The position numbers and the translations under genes are program-made. Below the pieces are notes generated by a model that was given only the letters and a program-made list of their open reading frames with translations, had not been told where the DNA came from and made no database searches. Of a stretch of DNA of 64,000 nucleotides, positions 45,827 to 54,791 are shown one piece after another. Origin of the DNA: Flectonema sp. DT1601 (taxonomy: Eukaryota); the NCBI GenBank assembly GCA_964019425.1, contig OZ025801.1, forward strand, positions 1,116,001-1,180,000. Reading direction: 5' to 3'. Every line of letters starts with the position of its first letter. Position 1 is the stretch's first letter.

Positions 45827-48800
45827 GTGGATAATGTTGATGAAGTTGCTCAGTACATTAAAAGTAACTACTCCTCTCTTCAAGAAATGAGAGTTAGCAC
45901 TTTTGACTTCTCAGATATGTACACCAACTTACCACATACAAAAATTAAAGCTGTTATTAATACATTAGTCGAAGAATACATTGGAGACAATTTGATAGTT
46001 AGAGATAAACGAAGTCGAATTGGTAAAGATTTCTACTTGGCAAACGAATTTAACGAAGATGTGCAAGTTGCTTACAACATAGAGGAGATCAAGGAACTAC
46101 TGAATGTAATACTATCTAATTCTTATATTAAAAATGGTGACCATATGTTAAGGCAATGTCATGGTATTCCAATGGGTTCTCAATGCTCTCCTCACATTGC
46201 TAATCTGTACTGCTTTGGTATCGAAAAGAACTGGATTGACAACATCATCCATAGCAATGGTTTAAGTATTGCTAATGACAGGATAATCTTCAGATATATT
46301 GATGACTTTCTAATCTTTAGTAAGAATGAACCTACTCCACCTCCGCAAGCTGAATATCAAATGTCATACACAGATACGTCACTTGGACGCAATGACATAG
46401 TTTTCCTAGGAATGAGAGTAAGATTTGAAGAAAGACCAAGAGGACATCCATTCATTCGTCTGTCAATTTGGGACAAAGAAAATCTGTTCAATTTTCAACC
46501 CATCAAATACACAAGCTCGACATCAAACGCACCAAGAAGCCTTGGTCCGGGCATATTGAAAGGAGCCTTGTACAGAGCAGCAACCAATATCAACAATGAC
46601 TTCGACTTATACTTGGAAATCGAAAAGGTGATTTACAGGCTACGCAGCCGAGGGTACTCGAAGAAGAGCCTCTTCCCACAATACAAAGATTTCATTCTTA
46701 GTACATACTGGGATTTTCCGAAACAGAGAGATAACCTCCAGCAATTCTTTTTCAAGACAAATTGGAGATATGACAAGGAACTACCCGTCACCTCTGAGAA
46801 GAAAACAATCCAACAGTACTACAAACTGAATGGACGAGATGACATTTATAACATGTTACTCGATAAGAACGTTGGGTATGCAAAACTCAAAAAATGTAAT
46901 AACACCATGGTTACTGCATTCCGGATTGCAAGTCACTCAATCACTAACAATCCAGATCAATGTCTAATATGTTCCACCGCAATAAACAAGAACACTGAGA
47001 CACAGATTGATGCTTTGGATATTAAATATCGCAATGGGATATTTAAAGTAACCAAATTTTGCAAAGACTTCGACAAAATACTACCTGTTAACATCAGTAT
47101 TCTATCATACGACCAGGGTAAGACAACCCGTGAAATAATTAACAAACATGTGAATCACGAATGTCACATGGTTGTTGGTCGTACTAATGGAGGTTATTAC
47201 TTTCCAATTACAAGTAAATATACGGAAAGTAATATTCAAAAAATCTTCCTCAAGGTTGACACGCCTGGAAAATCGGCGGAAGTTACAACAGAAGGGAAGT
47301 CAACTCCTAACACATCAGATACTGATGTAGTTATGACAGACAACACCACAGAAACGCAAGAAGATGAAACGGAAAAATCTCAAACTGAAAAACCGGTTAT
47401 GAAGAATGATAGAGATCCTGAATGGGATATCTCGATCGATAAAAGGTTTCCTATTTCTATGCACACTAAACCAGCTGAAGGCCTTAACAGCGGTGAGTGT
47501 GGCTGGGCCACCATTAATTTTATGGCTGATTATCTGAACATCGAGAGAATTCAGATATCTAAAGTCTTTAAGATTCAAGATGAGTTGGCAACACAAGAAA
47601 TGAAGTGGTTAGGATTGGTTGAAATGTTCCAATTCAATCCTGATGGATGGTTTCACCAATTAGTCATATATGAGACAATTAAGATTCATCTGTCCTTAGA
47701 AATACACCATTGTACCAGCGCAGAAGATTTAGATAAAGTCAACAATATACTCAAAGAACAAAACCTAAAACGCTTTCCATTCGTTATAATTACACGTAGA
47801 TTAGCATACACTCACTATATCTTATTTATCGGAAAAGATACAGAGTATACAGGATATGATATCATTCAACACACTCCAAGTTATGAAACGTGGAATGACA
47901 TTGCCAGGATATATCCTTTGGAAACATTTGACTATCACTTCGCATTCTGCCCTACAAAAAACAATCCTATGGAGAAACTCCAATTTCCGAACCTCGATTA
48001 TCCAACAATGGAGCCCCACATGGAAAACAAACAAGAGAAAGATACTCTTAGTCAAAAGACGAATGATAACGATGACACAGCACTGTTATACGAGATGTTA
48101 CAGAAATTTGAAGAGGATGATATCTCTACAACAGCTAAAGCCGCAGATCCATTGGATTTGAGATCTTCGAATGAAAATACTACTCATAAGGAAGTCATTC
48201 AAGAACCAAAGAAAGTCATTCAAGAACCGAAGGAAGTCATTCAAGAACCAAAGGAAGTCATTCAAGATCCAAAGGAAGTCATTCAAGATCCAAAGGAAGT
48301 CATTCAAGATCCAAAGAAAGTCATTCAAGATCCAAAGGAAGTCATTCAAGAACCAAAGGAAGTCACTCAAGATCCAAAGGAAGTCACTCAAGATCCAAAG
48401 AAAGTCATTCAAGATCCAAAGGAAGTCATTCAAGATCCAAAGGAAGTCATTCAAGATCCAAAGAAAGTCATTCAAGATCCAAAGGAAGTCATTCAAGATC
48501 CAAAGGAAGTCATTCAAGATCCAAAGGAAGTCATTCAAAATCCAGAGATAGATACACACCTAGATCCAAAAATAGGTCAGCAAGATGTGGATTTGGACGA
48601 TAAGGAAGCAATAGTTGTTGCTAACAAGGCTTCTAAACCCAATACTCACTTCGACATCACTGATTACATAACTTCTGAAGATCAAAAGTCAAATGATTTT
48701 GTAAGTGGAACCACAAAGCTCACTAAGTTTCCCAATCATATCTTGAACACCAATCAGAATACTAACTTATGTCATATGGAATATGCTACACCAAATACCG

Positions 48801-50896
48801 ATGTACATATGGAATCACCAATGACCACTATTCTAACTGGTCCACTTTATAATACGGATACACAATTTAATTACGAAAATACAACACTTATAATTGCAAC
48901 ACCGCAGATTATACCAACCATCCCAAACTTTCATAACCTATATCACAGCTCATCTGGGTGTCAAATCATGGCGGTATCACCTCTGAGAATATACAAAGTA
49001 AATACAATTGCTGCCATCTCACCCCCACAAGTCTATCACAACGGGGACAGCATTGTTGCCATCTCACCGCCAACTATCCATGATACTAAGAGTCCAACAG
49101 ATGTTACTTCACCAACTCGGATGGATATTGATATTGACACGGTGATTGCCGTCAATAACAGAAGTCTATATGATATTGACATCATCCCACCACCACATGT
49201 GGATACTCTTATAAGTACCAAGAAAAAGAGTAACGACTCAATTCATAAAACTTGCCTTACCGATGTCGATAACAATAGCTACAACGAGATATCACCACCA
49301 CAAACGGATGTACATATGTTGATCAATAACAATGATCTCAACGTAATTGAGCCTATTGCACCACCACATACGGGTGTTCATACGGTAATTAACAACAACA
49401 GTCTCGAGACATTCGGGTATATTTCACCACCGCAGACTGGTATTCATATGCCTATAGTTATCGACAACAACAGTATCAACGCAAACGAACTTGCTTCACC
49501 ACCACAAACTAATGTTCATATGGAGGTCAGAAACAATAGTCTCATTGCGACTGAGGCTATATCACCACCGTGTTTAGAAACACCTGAACATCGACATGTG
49601 TTTGAAACACCGGTAAAACAAAAGTCGGGAGGCAAAATCAAAACTCCGACAACCAACAAGATTGTCCCACAAGAACCACTAACTTGTTGGAATGGACACA
49701 ATCGGGAGCTTATTTATGATTTAGCAATGAATAGGCAACCTAACAAGATTGTTACAACATACACTGCACCATCGTTAAAAGTTACAACTCCGAAAACAGC
49801 AGCACGAAATAACACTGTTGTCATAGACACAGAAGATAGTATGAACCCCGTAACTTCAATGCCGGAAAGTTTAAGTGATGCCCTTGAACCTTGTTCAAAA
49901 CGTAACAAAAAGTCCAATATACTGTCTCATAAACATGCTATGAAGCAATCCAAAAAGAAAGCTTTCAATAATGGATCTCACGAGTCAATTATCCCTAAAA
50001 CTAAAGTCATTACGCAATCACATACGCAGATTAAGGATAAAACATCGGAACCTATCAATGAAGAATCTAGTAAGATACTTCCCCAACTTAAAGATGAAAC
50101 CGGAAGTAAGAAAGATGAGACATCGTCGCATGTTGAACTAGAAAAGGCAACAGAAGTTAATACAATAGTTGAGAACTCAATGACCGACGTGCCAACGACA
50201 ACATCCTCGTCAGAACCATCCTACAAAGATACAACGCATATCAAGAGGAAATGTAAATATTGCTTCAAGACTAAAAAATCAATTATTGATCATGTCCACA
50301 TATGCGCAATATTCAGAGCCTCAAAGGACTTTCCATATTACATGGATCATGATAATACAACGTATGAAGTTAACAACAGTGATGGCTCCAACAAGATCAC
50401 AATGGTCATCAAGGAGAAGAAGAAATTAAACATGCGGTCTATCAAAAGAGGTACAAAACTAGTAACACAAATTCTTGAGAAAGAGGATAGTACACTAACT
50501 ACACCAAAAAGAGATACCCGCAAAAGATTAAATTCTGAAAGTCCGATTCCAATAATCGAATTTAATGGATACATGGACAAGGACAAGAGAAAAAAGTTAG
50601 AGAATAAGAACGGATCTAAAAGTAAACGCAAGATCAAAGTTGAGGTTAATAAGATGCTAGTCGCTTCAACAAAAAAGAAGGAGAAGTCGAAATATACAAA
50701 GAGATTAAATTCTGAAAGTCCTATGCAGCCGCTACTAAGAAAAGATGTACGAAAGAAACGAGCCAAACAAGAAGATATCAACACACCTAAAAGTGAAGAT
50801 AAAGAGAACGTTACGAACATCTTAGATACTCCTTCGACTCCTGCTTTACATGATTTTGAAGATGTATCAGAGTATGCATCAGAGCTTGATAATTAA
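45827..50896 (+). CDS. PLE polyprotein: truncated RT, Josephin-like protease, tandem repeats, C2HC finger
   Basis: STFDFSDMYTNLPH, QCHGIPMGSQCSPHIANLY, FRYIDD, VFLGM. The frame opens at 45815 with no RT N-terminus. CKYCFKTKKSIIDHVHIC lies near the C-terminus. Confidence 0.85.
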   Translation: MDNVDEVAQYIKSNYSSLQEMRVSTFDFSDMYTNLPHTKIKAVINTLVEEYIGDNLIVRDKRSRIGKDFYLANEFNEDVQVAYNIEEIKELLNVILSNSYIKNGDHMLRQCHGIPMGSQCSPHIANLYCFGIEKNWIDNIIHSNGLSIANDRIIFRYIDDFLIFSKNEPTPPPQAEYQMSYTDTSLGRNDIVFLGMRVRFEERPRGHPFIRLSIWDKENLFNFQPIKYTSSTSNAPRSLGPGILKGALYRAATNINNDFDLYLEIEKVIYRLRSRGYSKKSLFPQYKDFILSTYWDFPKQRDNLQQFFFKTNWRYDKELPVTSEKKTIQQYYKLNGRDDIYNMLLDKNVGYAKLKKCNNTMVTAFRIASHSITNNPDQCLICSTAINKNTETQIDALDIKYRNGIFKVTKFCKDFDKILPVNISILSYDQGKTTREIINKHVNHECHMVVGRTNGGYYFPITSKYTESNIQKIFLKVDTPGKSAEVTTEGKSTPNTSDTDVVMTDNTTETQEDETEKSQTEKPVMKNDRDPEWDISIDKRFPISMHTKPAEGLNSGECGWATINFMADYLNIERIQISKVFKIQDELATQEMKWLGLVEMFQFNPDGWFHQLVIYETIKIHLSLEIHHCTSAEDLDKVNNILKEQNLKRFPFVIITRRLAYTHYILFIGKDTEYTGYDIIQHTPSYETWNDIARIYPLETFDYHFAFCPTKNNPMEKLQFPNLDYPTMEPHMENKQEKDTLSQKTNDNDDTALLYEMLQKFEEDDISTTAKAADPLDLRSSNENTTHKEVIQEPKKVIQEPKEVIQEPKEVIQDPKEVIQDPKEVIQDPKKVIQDPKEVIQEPKEVTQDPKEVTQDPKKVIQDPKEVIQDPKEVIQDPKKVIQDPKEVIQDPKEVIQDPKEVIQNPEIDTHLDPKIGQQDVDLDDKEAIVVANKASKPNTHFDITDYITSEDQKSNDFVSGTTKLTKFPNHILNTNQNTNLCHMEYATPNTDVHMESPMTTILTGPLYNTDTQFNYENTTLIIATPQIIPTIPNFHNLYHSSSGCQIMAVSPLRIYKVNTIAAISPPQVYHNGDSIVAISPPTIHDTKSPTDVTSPTRMDIDIDTVIAVNNRSLYDIDIIPPPHVDTLISTKKKSNDSIHKTCLTDVDNNSYNEISPPQTDVHMLINNNDLNVIEPIAPPHTGVHTVINNNSLETFGYISPPQTGIHMPIVIDNNSINANELASPPQTNVHMEVRNNSLIATEAISPPCLETPEHRHVFETPVKQKSGGKIKTPTTNKIVPQEPLTCWNGHNRELIYDLAMNRQPNKIVTTYTAPSLKVTTPKTAARNNTVVIDTEDSMNPVTSMPESLSDALEPCSKRNKKSNILSHKHAMKQSKKKAFNNGSHESIIPKTKVITQSHTQIKDKTSEPINEESSKILPQLKDETGSKKDETSSHVELEKATEVNTIVENSMTDVPTTTSSSEPSYKDTTHIKRKCKYCFKTKKSIIDHVHICAIFRASKDFPYYMDHDNTTYEVNNSDGSNKITMVIKEKKKLNMRSIKRGTKLVTQILEKEDSTLTTPKRDTRKRLNSESPIPIIEFNGYMDKDKRKKLENKNGSKSKRKIKVEVNKMLVASTKKKEKSKYTKRLNSESPMQPLLRKDVRKKRAKQEDINTPKSEDKENVTNILDTPSTPALHDFEDVSEYASELDN
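48188..48544 (+). repeat. Coding minisatellite, 17 x 21 bp (K[EK]V[IT]Q[DEN]P)
   Basis: Unit aaggaagtcattcaagatcca repeated in tandem with few variants. Confidence 0.95.
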
Positions 50897-51060
50897 TCAT
50901 CTTATACTTTCTACATTTATTGTAGAAGAGTGCTCCACTAGTAGTGCGCTACGAACTAGTAATAACAAGAAGAATGTTTTTTTTTTTTATAAACATTATA
51001 ACAAAGTAACTACATCCTAGTCTTGCTAACTAAGATGCTTCAGTCACACCAGATGATTGA

Positions 51061-51128
51061 CTTACTTCTACACCATACTGATGATGAGAGAATAGAGGTA
51101 AGAGGTATATGGATTACTCTCGAAACCT
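51061..51128 (+). ncRNA. Hammerhead ribozyme-like motif in the PLE 3' region
   Basis: CTGATGA (51078-84), GAGAG/CTCTC stem II, GAAA (51122-25); stem I and stem III partners present in a non-canonical order. Confidence 0.55.
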
Positions 51129-51257
51129 AATAGTTACTTTAAAAGGCTAAGTTAAGCATCACACCTAGTCACTGTATCTCAGAACTAATGTTAAATTATC
51201 GTTATGTTTTTTATGATACAAAACATTTGTATTTTACGTACAAAATCAAACAGTTAA

Positions 51258-51289
51258 CCCCCCTTTCTATTTTTTTAAAACAGATTCAC
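51258..51289 (+). repeat. 32-bp target-site duplication, right copy
   Basis: Identical to 45773-45804. Confidence 0.85.
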
Positions 51290-51395
51290 AAATTACATTT
51301 CCGTGTGGACAGTGATCTCTTTAATTATTTATGAAGTCTTTTTTTTTTTTTTTTTATAAATTAAATTATTTTAACAAAAAACAGGTTAATGAAGT

Positions 51396-53687
51396 ATGCC
51401 TCTAACTACCATAGACGAGGAACTTATTAATGAAATTCGATCGTCCCATCCTCGTCTAACATCTCTTTCACTTAGAGATAATCACTTGGTAGAAATCGGA
51501 GAATTTTTAAAGTCGTTGAGATTCTTGTCAAAGGTTGACCTTTCTAATAATAAATTAACGTCTCTCGTGGGTTTGGAATTACCGAATTTGAAGGAGCTTC
51601 GAGTTAGAGGAAATCAACTTCGAAGTTTGAAAGGACTTGAGAAATGTAAAAAGTTAAAAACAATCGACTGCCGAGATAACTTATTGGGATTAGAGTCACT
51701 TCGGGAAGTTAGTAAATTAGAGATCAAAGAAATACTACTGGAAGGGAATCCAATGAGACCTGATCCTTCTTCAGTTCTAATTACGATACCATCTCTGACT
51801 GAGATCGACGGCATTCAACTCTCTCAGAAATCTTTTAATTCAATTAGCGGAACTGACAACCTCCTCGATGTCACTTCCAACTCTGTCAACGATGTTCTCG
51901 CTGAGTTAGGAATCTCTTTATGTGATTCTGTTCGTAGCAGTGCTGCAAAGAAAACAGCGATTCGGGATCACAACAAACAACTTCACTCTCAAGTAGAAGC
52001 AATTCTTAATTCTGAGACGTCGCCTTTTGTCGATGTTGAATTCAATAAAACAACTCGAGAGAATCGACCTCTCGAATTCGAAGAACTTCTCAACATCTCA
52101 ACAGAAGGACGAGGACCTGATGTCAGTGAGGACGCATTCAGCGACGAACATCTAAAGCGTCGTTCTGCAATCCAACAGTTCCTCCAATTTGGGCGCCCCG
52201 AAGGCAGCGACGGTAAGAAAGTTAGTTCCCCGCTCTCATCAGCTCCAACCAAAAGTAGAAATTCTCAATCAGTTCTTACAAAGAACACTACTTCGAATGG
52301 TATCAGTACCCAGTCTTCACGTTCTGCAACACAACATGATGTGGATATGGATGTGGATGCGGTGTCTCATTCTCCAATCGCGTCGCGCAACTCATCATCT
52401 GAAAAACACGAGCTCGAAAAGAAACAGACATCTGTCAAAGAGAGCCATCACAGCACTTCACCATCTCATGATTTGAATAAATACAATTCCCTCTCAGATG
52501 CTCAGCCAACAGAGGGAGCGTTCAGTTCGTTTCCGTCGTTGGCAGCATTTCTGGGAGACGATAAGGTGACTGATGTATCTGAGGAAGTGATGGAAGAGTG
52601 TCCTCAGAATGTACTTCAACATAATCAAATAGAAGTCCTATCTCCTCCTCTACAGGGCAGCACTCCTGGTTTTGGTATCTGCGGGAAGGGTTCTGAAATC
52701 TATATTTCCAACAGATCCGACTTGAATGGTGTCGATTCCATCAGCGCCATGCCTGCGGTAGTCTGTCTGGCTGACATCAGTGTCGATAGTCATCCGAATG
52801 GTGTTAGAAATGAATTATTAAATAACACTACTGAAGTTACTAACTCTGTTGTGTCTAACGGAGGTATCGAAAAAGACGTATTCGGTACTCGCAGTACTGC
52901 AGGAAACTCTAATCAGACAGACAAACATGAAGATTCAAACTTGAGTGATATTTTAAAGGACCTGCAACCTGAAGAGTCTGCTTCAGATCAACACCAGCAG
53001 AGTGACATTCGAACAGCAATTCTCAACGCCTCCAACCCTCCAATAAATGATGTCATTAAACACGCTGCTGAGTTACAGCTTCAGCTCGAATCGCTTCTTC
53101 ATTTTAAGGAAAAGTCCGAAACCCTTCAGTTGCAAAACTCTGACCAGCTGACACAACTTTCTAGTCTGCAGTCGACCCTCGATAACGAGCGACTAGCACA
53201 CAGCGATGAGCTTCAAAGACTTAAGGAAGCTCACCAGGAGGAAATAAAACAAAAGAAAAATTCAAAAGATGAACAACATGTCGATTGGCTGAAACTAATT
53301 CGAGAATGCCGCGAGGATCTGGAAGAAGCTACACAACAGAATGAACAGCTTCGCAAAGAGAGAGAAGTTCAAAAGAATGTTCAGATTTGTGAAGTTGCGG
53401 AGTTGAAACGTCAGTTGGAAGTTTTGACTGCGAGCGAAACGACTGCACTCCAACAGGTTGAGGAATTCACTTCAGTAGATCGAAGGAATGAAATGTTTCA
53501 CTCAGAACTACTTGTTGCTGAAGAAGTAGTTCAACATCTGAGAGAACAAGTCACTTGTTGCAATGATCACATCTCACAATTAGAAAACGAGAAATCAGAT
53601 CTACTCGGCGCACTCTCTGAAGCCACTCGAATAGGAAGTCCGGAGGCTGCTCTCGCTATTTCAAATGTGTTGCTGGAAATCTCGTAA
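51396..53687 (+). CDS. Leucine-rich repeat and coiled-coil protein
   Basis: N-terminal LxxLxLxxN repeats with an LRR cap (LEGNP...IPSLTEIDG); C-terminal coiled coil. Confidence 0.8.
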   Translation: MPLTTIDEELINEIRSSHPRLTSLSLRDNHLVEIGEFLKSLRFLSKVDLSNNKLTSLVGLELPNLKELRVRGNQLRSLKGLEKCKKLKTIDCRDNLLGLESLREVSKLEIKEILLEGNPMRPDPSSVLITIPSLTEIDGIQLSQKSFNSISGTDNLLDVTSNSVNDVLAELGISLCDSVRSSAAKKTAIRDHNKQLHSQVEAILNSETSPFVDVEFNKTTRENRPLEFEELLNISTEGRGPDVSEDAFSDEHLKRRSAIQQFLQFGRPEGSDGKKVSSPLSSAPTKSRNSQSVLTKNTTSNGISTQSSRSATQHDVDMDVDAVSHSPIASRNSSSEKHELEKKQTSVKESHHSTSPSHDLNKYNSLSDAQPTEGAFSSFPSLAAFLGDDKVTDVSEEVMEECPQNVLQHNQIEVLSPPLQGSTPGFGICGKGSEIYISNRSDLNGVDSISAMPAVVCLADISVDSHPNGVRNELLNNTTEVTNSVVSNGGIEKDVFGTRSTAGNSNQTDKHEDSNLSDILKDLQPEESASDQHQQSDIRTAILNASNPPINDVIKHAAELQLQLESLLHFKEKSETLQLQNSDQLTQLSSLQSTLDNERLAHSDELQRLKEAHQEEIKQKKNSKDEQHVDWLKLIRECREDLEEATQQNEQLRKEREVQKNVQICEVAELKRQLEVLTASETTALQQVEEFTSVDRRNEMFHSELLVAEEVVQHLREQVTCCNDHISQLENEKSDLLGALSEATRIGSPEAALAISNVLLEIS

Positions 53688-53964
53688 TCCTCAACAATAT
53701 AATAAACTTCCGTAAACAGAAGTTGTTGTCACACAAGTAGTAAAGAATTATGTTCTCACAGAAGGTGGTTATTACCGCCATAGTTTTGTTGTGTTAGATT
53801 AGATTAAAATATAAATATTTATTATTGAGTTGATATATTTATATTTACAATTATTATCTCAGTCAGGTGAACAATAATTGAAAAGTTTCGACGTCTTACT
53901 TGTCAGCCGATCCACTTTTTCAGATATTTTGATTTACTTTCACAAAACAGTAAATGCAGCTCCA

Positions 53965-54675
53965 ATGAATAGTAGTTGGGAAACAGAGAGAGTTAATGTT
54001 ATTTTATTCATCGCCCAATGCGGTGAATTCCTTCGTTTTGACATGCAGACCTGCACTACTGCCTCCGTAATAACAGAGACTTGCTGTACAAAGTTCAAAG
54101 ATGCGAAGGAAGGAAACAACAGAAATCCTTATCAAATAGCTGCAGCGTCGCTGTTTATTGCTGGGAAGGTTGATGATCATTTTCGAAAGGTTGGAGATGT
54201 TGTGGCATGTGCGCATTTTAAAATTAATAATTCTGTTTTTGAATCTCCCGAAGTCTTCGAACAATCGAAAGACTCTCTTCTCGCAACTGAGAAACTTGTG
54301 TTGGAAACAATTCAATTCAACATTCCGTCACAGGCGGTATTAAAACCTCTGGCGCATATTGCGAATATGTTGTTTTCTATTTATAAAGATGACCTTCTTC
54401 AATCCACAACTCAGATGGTTATTAATATCACAAACGATTCTCTCTTAACTGGTCTTTGGGTCTCTCACTCAGTTCCGTACATTGTTGCTGCTGCTATCTG
54501 TATTGAAGCCTCTGTGAGGGAAGTATTGCCGAATGGTCTTTCACTGCAGTCGATTTCAAAGGTTTTTGAGTTGGAGTGCAGCGAGTTAGAATTTGCCTGC
54601 GATACGATATCTTCTCTTTATGAGAATGGAATCAAACAATTCAATCCGACAGCTTGCAATAAGTTCAACGACTAG
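53965..54675 (+). CDS. Transcription-type cyclin (cyclin K/T/L-like)
   Basis: IAAASLFIAGKVDD...EKLVLETIQFNI cyclin box; first ATG at 53965. Confidence 0.75.
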   Translation: MNSSWETERVNVILFIAQCGEFLRFDMQTCTTASVITETCCTKFKDAKEGNNRNPYQIAAASLFIAGKVDDHFRKVGDVVACAHFKINNSVFESPEVFEQSKDSLLATEKLVLETIQFNIPSQAVLKPLAHIANMLFSIYKDDLLQSTTQMVINITNDSLLTGLWVSHSVPYIVAAAICIEASVREVLPNGLSLQSISKVFELECSELEFACDTISSLYENGIKQFNPTACNKFND

Positions 54676-54791
54676 CTCATCACTTCTTCTGATGTTGTAG
54701 AGGACCAGATGATGTTATTATAAGTTGTTGTTTTCTGTTTTTTTAGTAATTTATTATTTTATATTTCTTTCTAAAGAAGGATTGGCATTAA

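Larger units (their letters stand above)
45805..51257 (+). mobile_element. 5'-truncated Penelope-like retroelement (PLE)
   Basis: PLE-type RT motifs, flanking 32-bp direct repeats, hammerhead core in the 3' region. Confidence 0.8.

Noticed and set aside
48188..48544. CRISPR-like array
   Set aside because: Tandem 21-bp units with no unique spacers, in frame within an ORF, and no cas genes; it is a coding minisatellite. The overlapping repetitive ORFs in other frames are artefacts.
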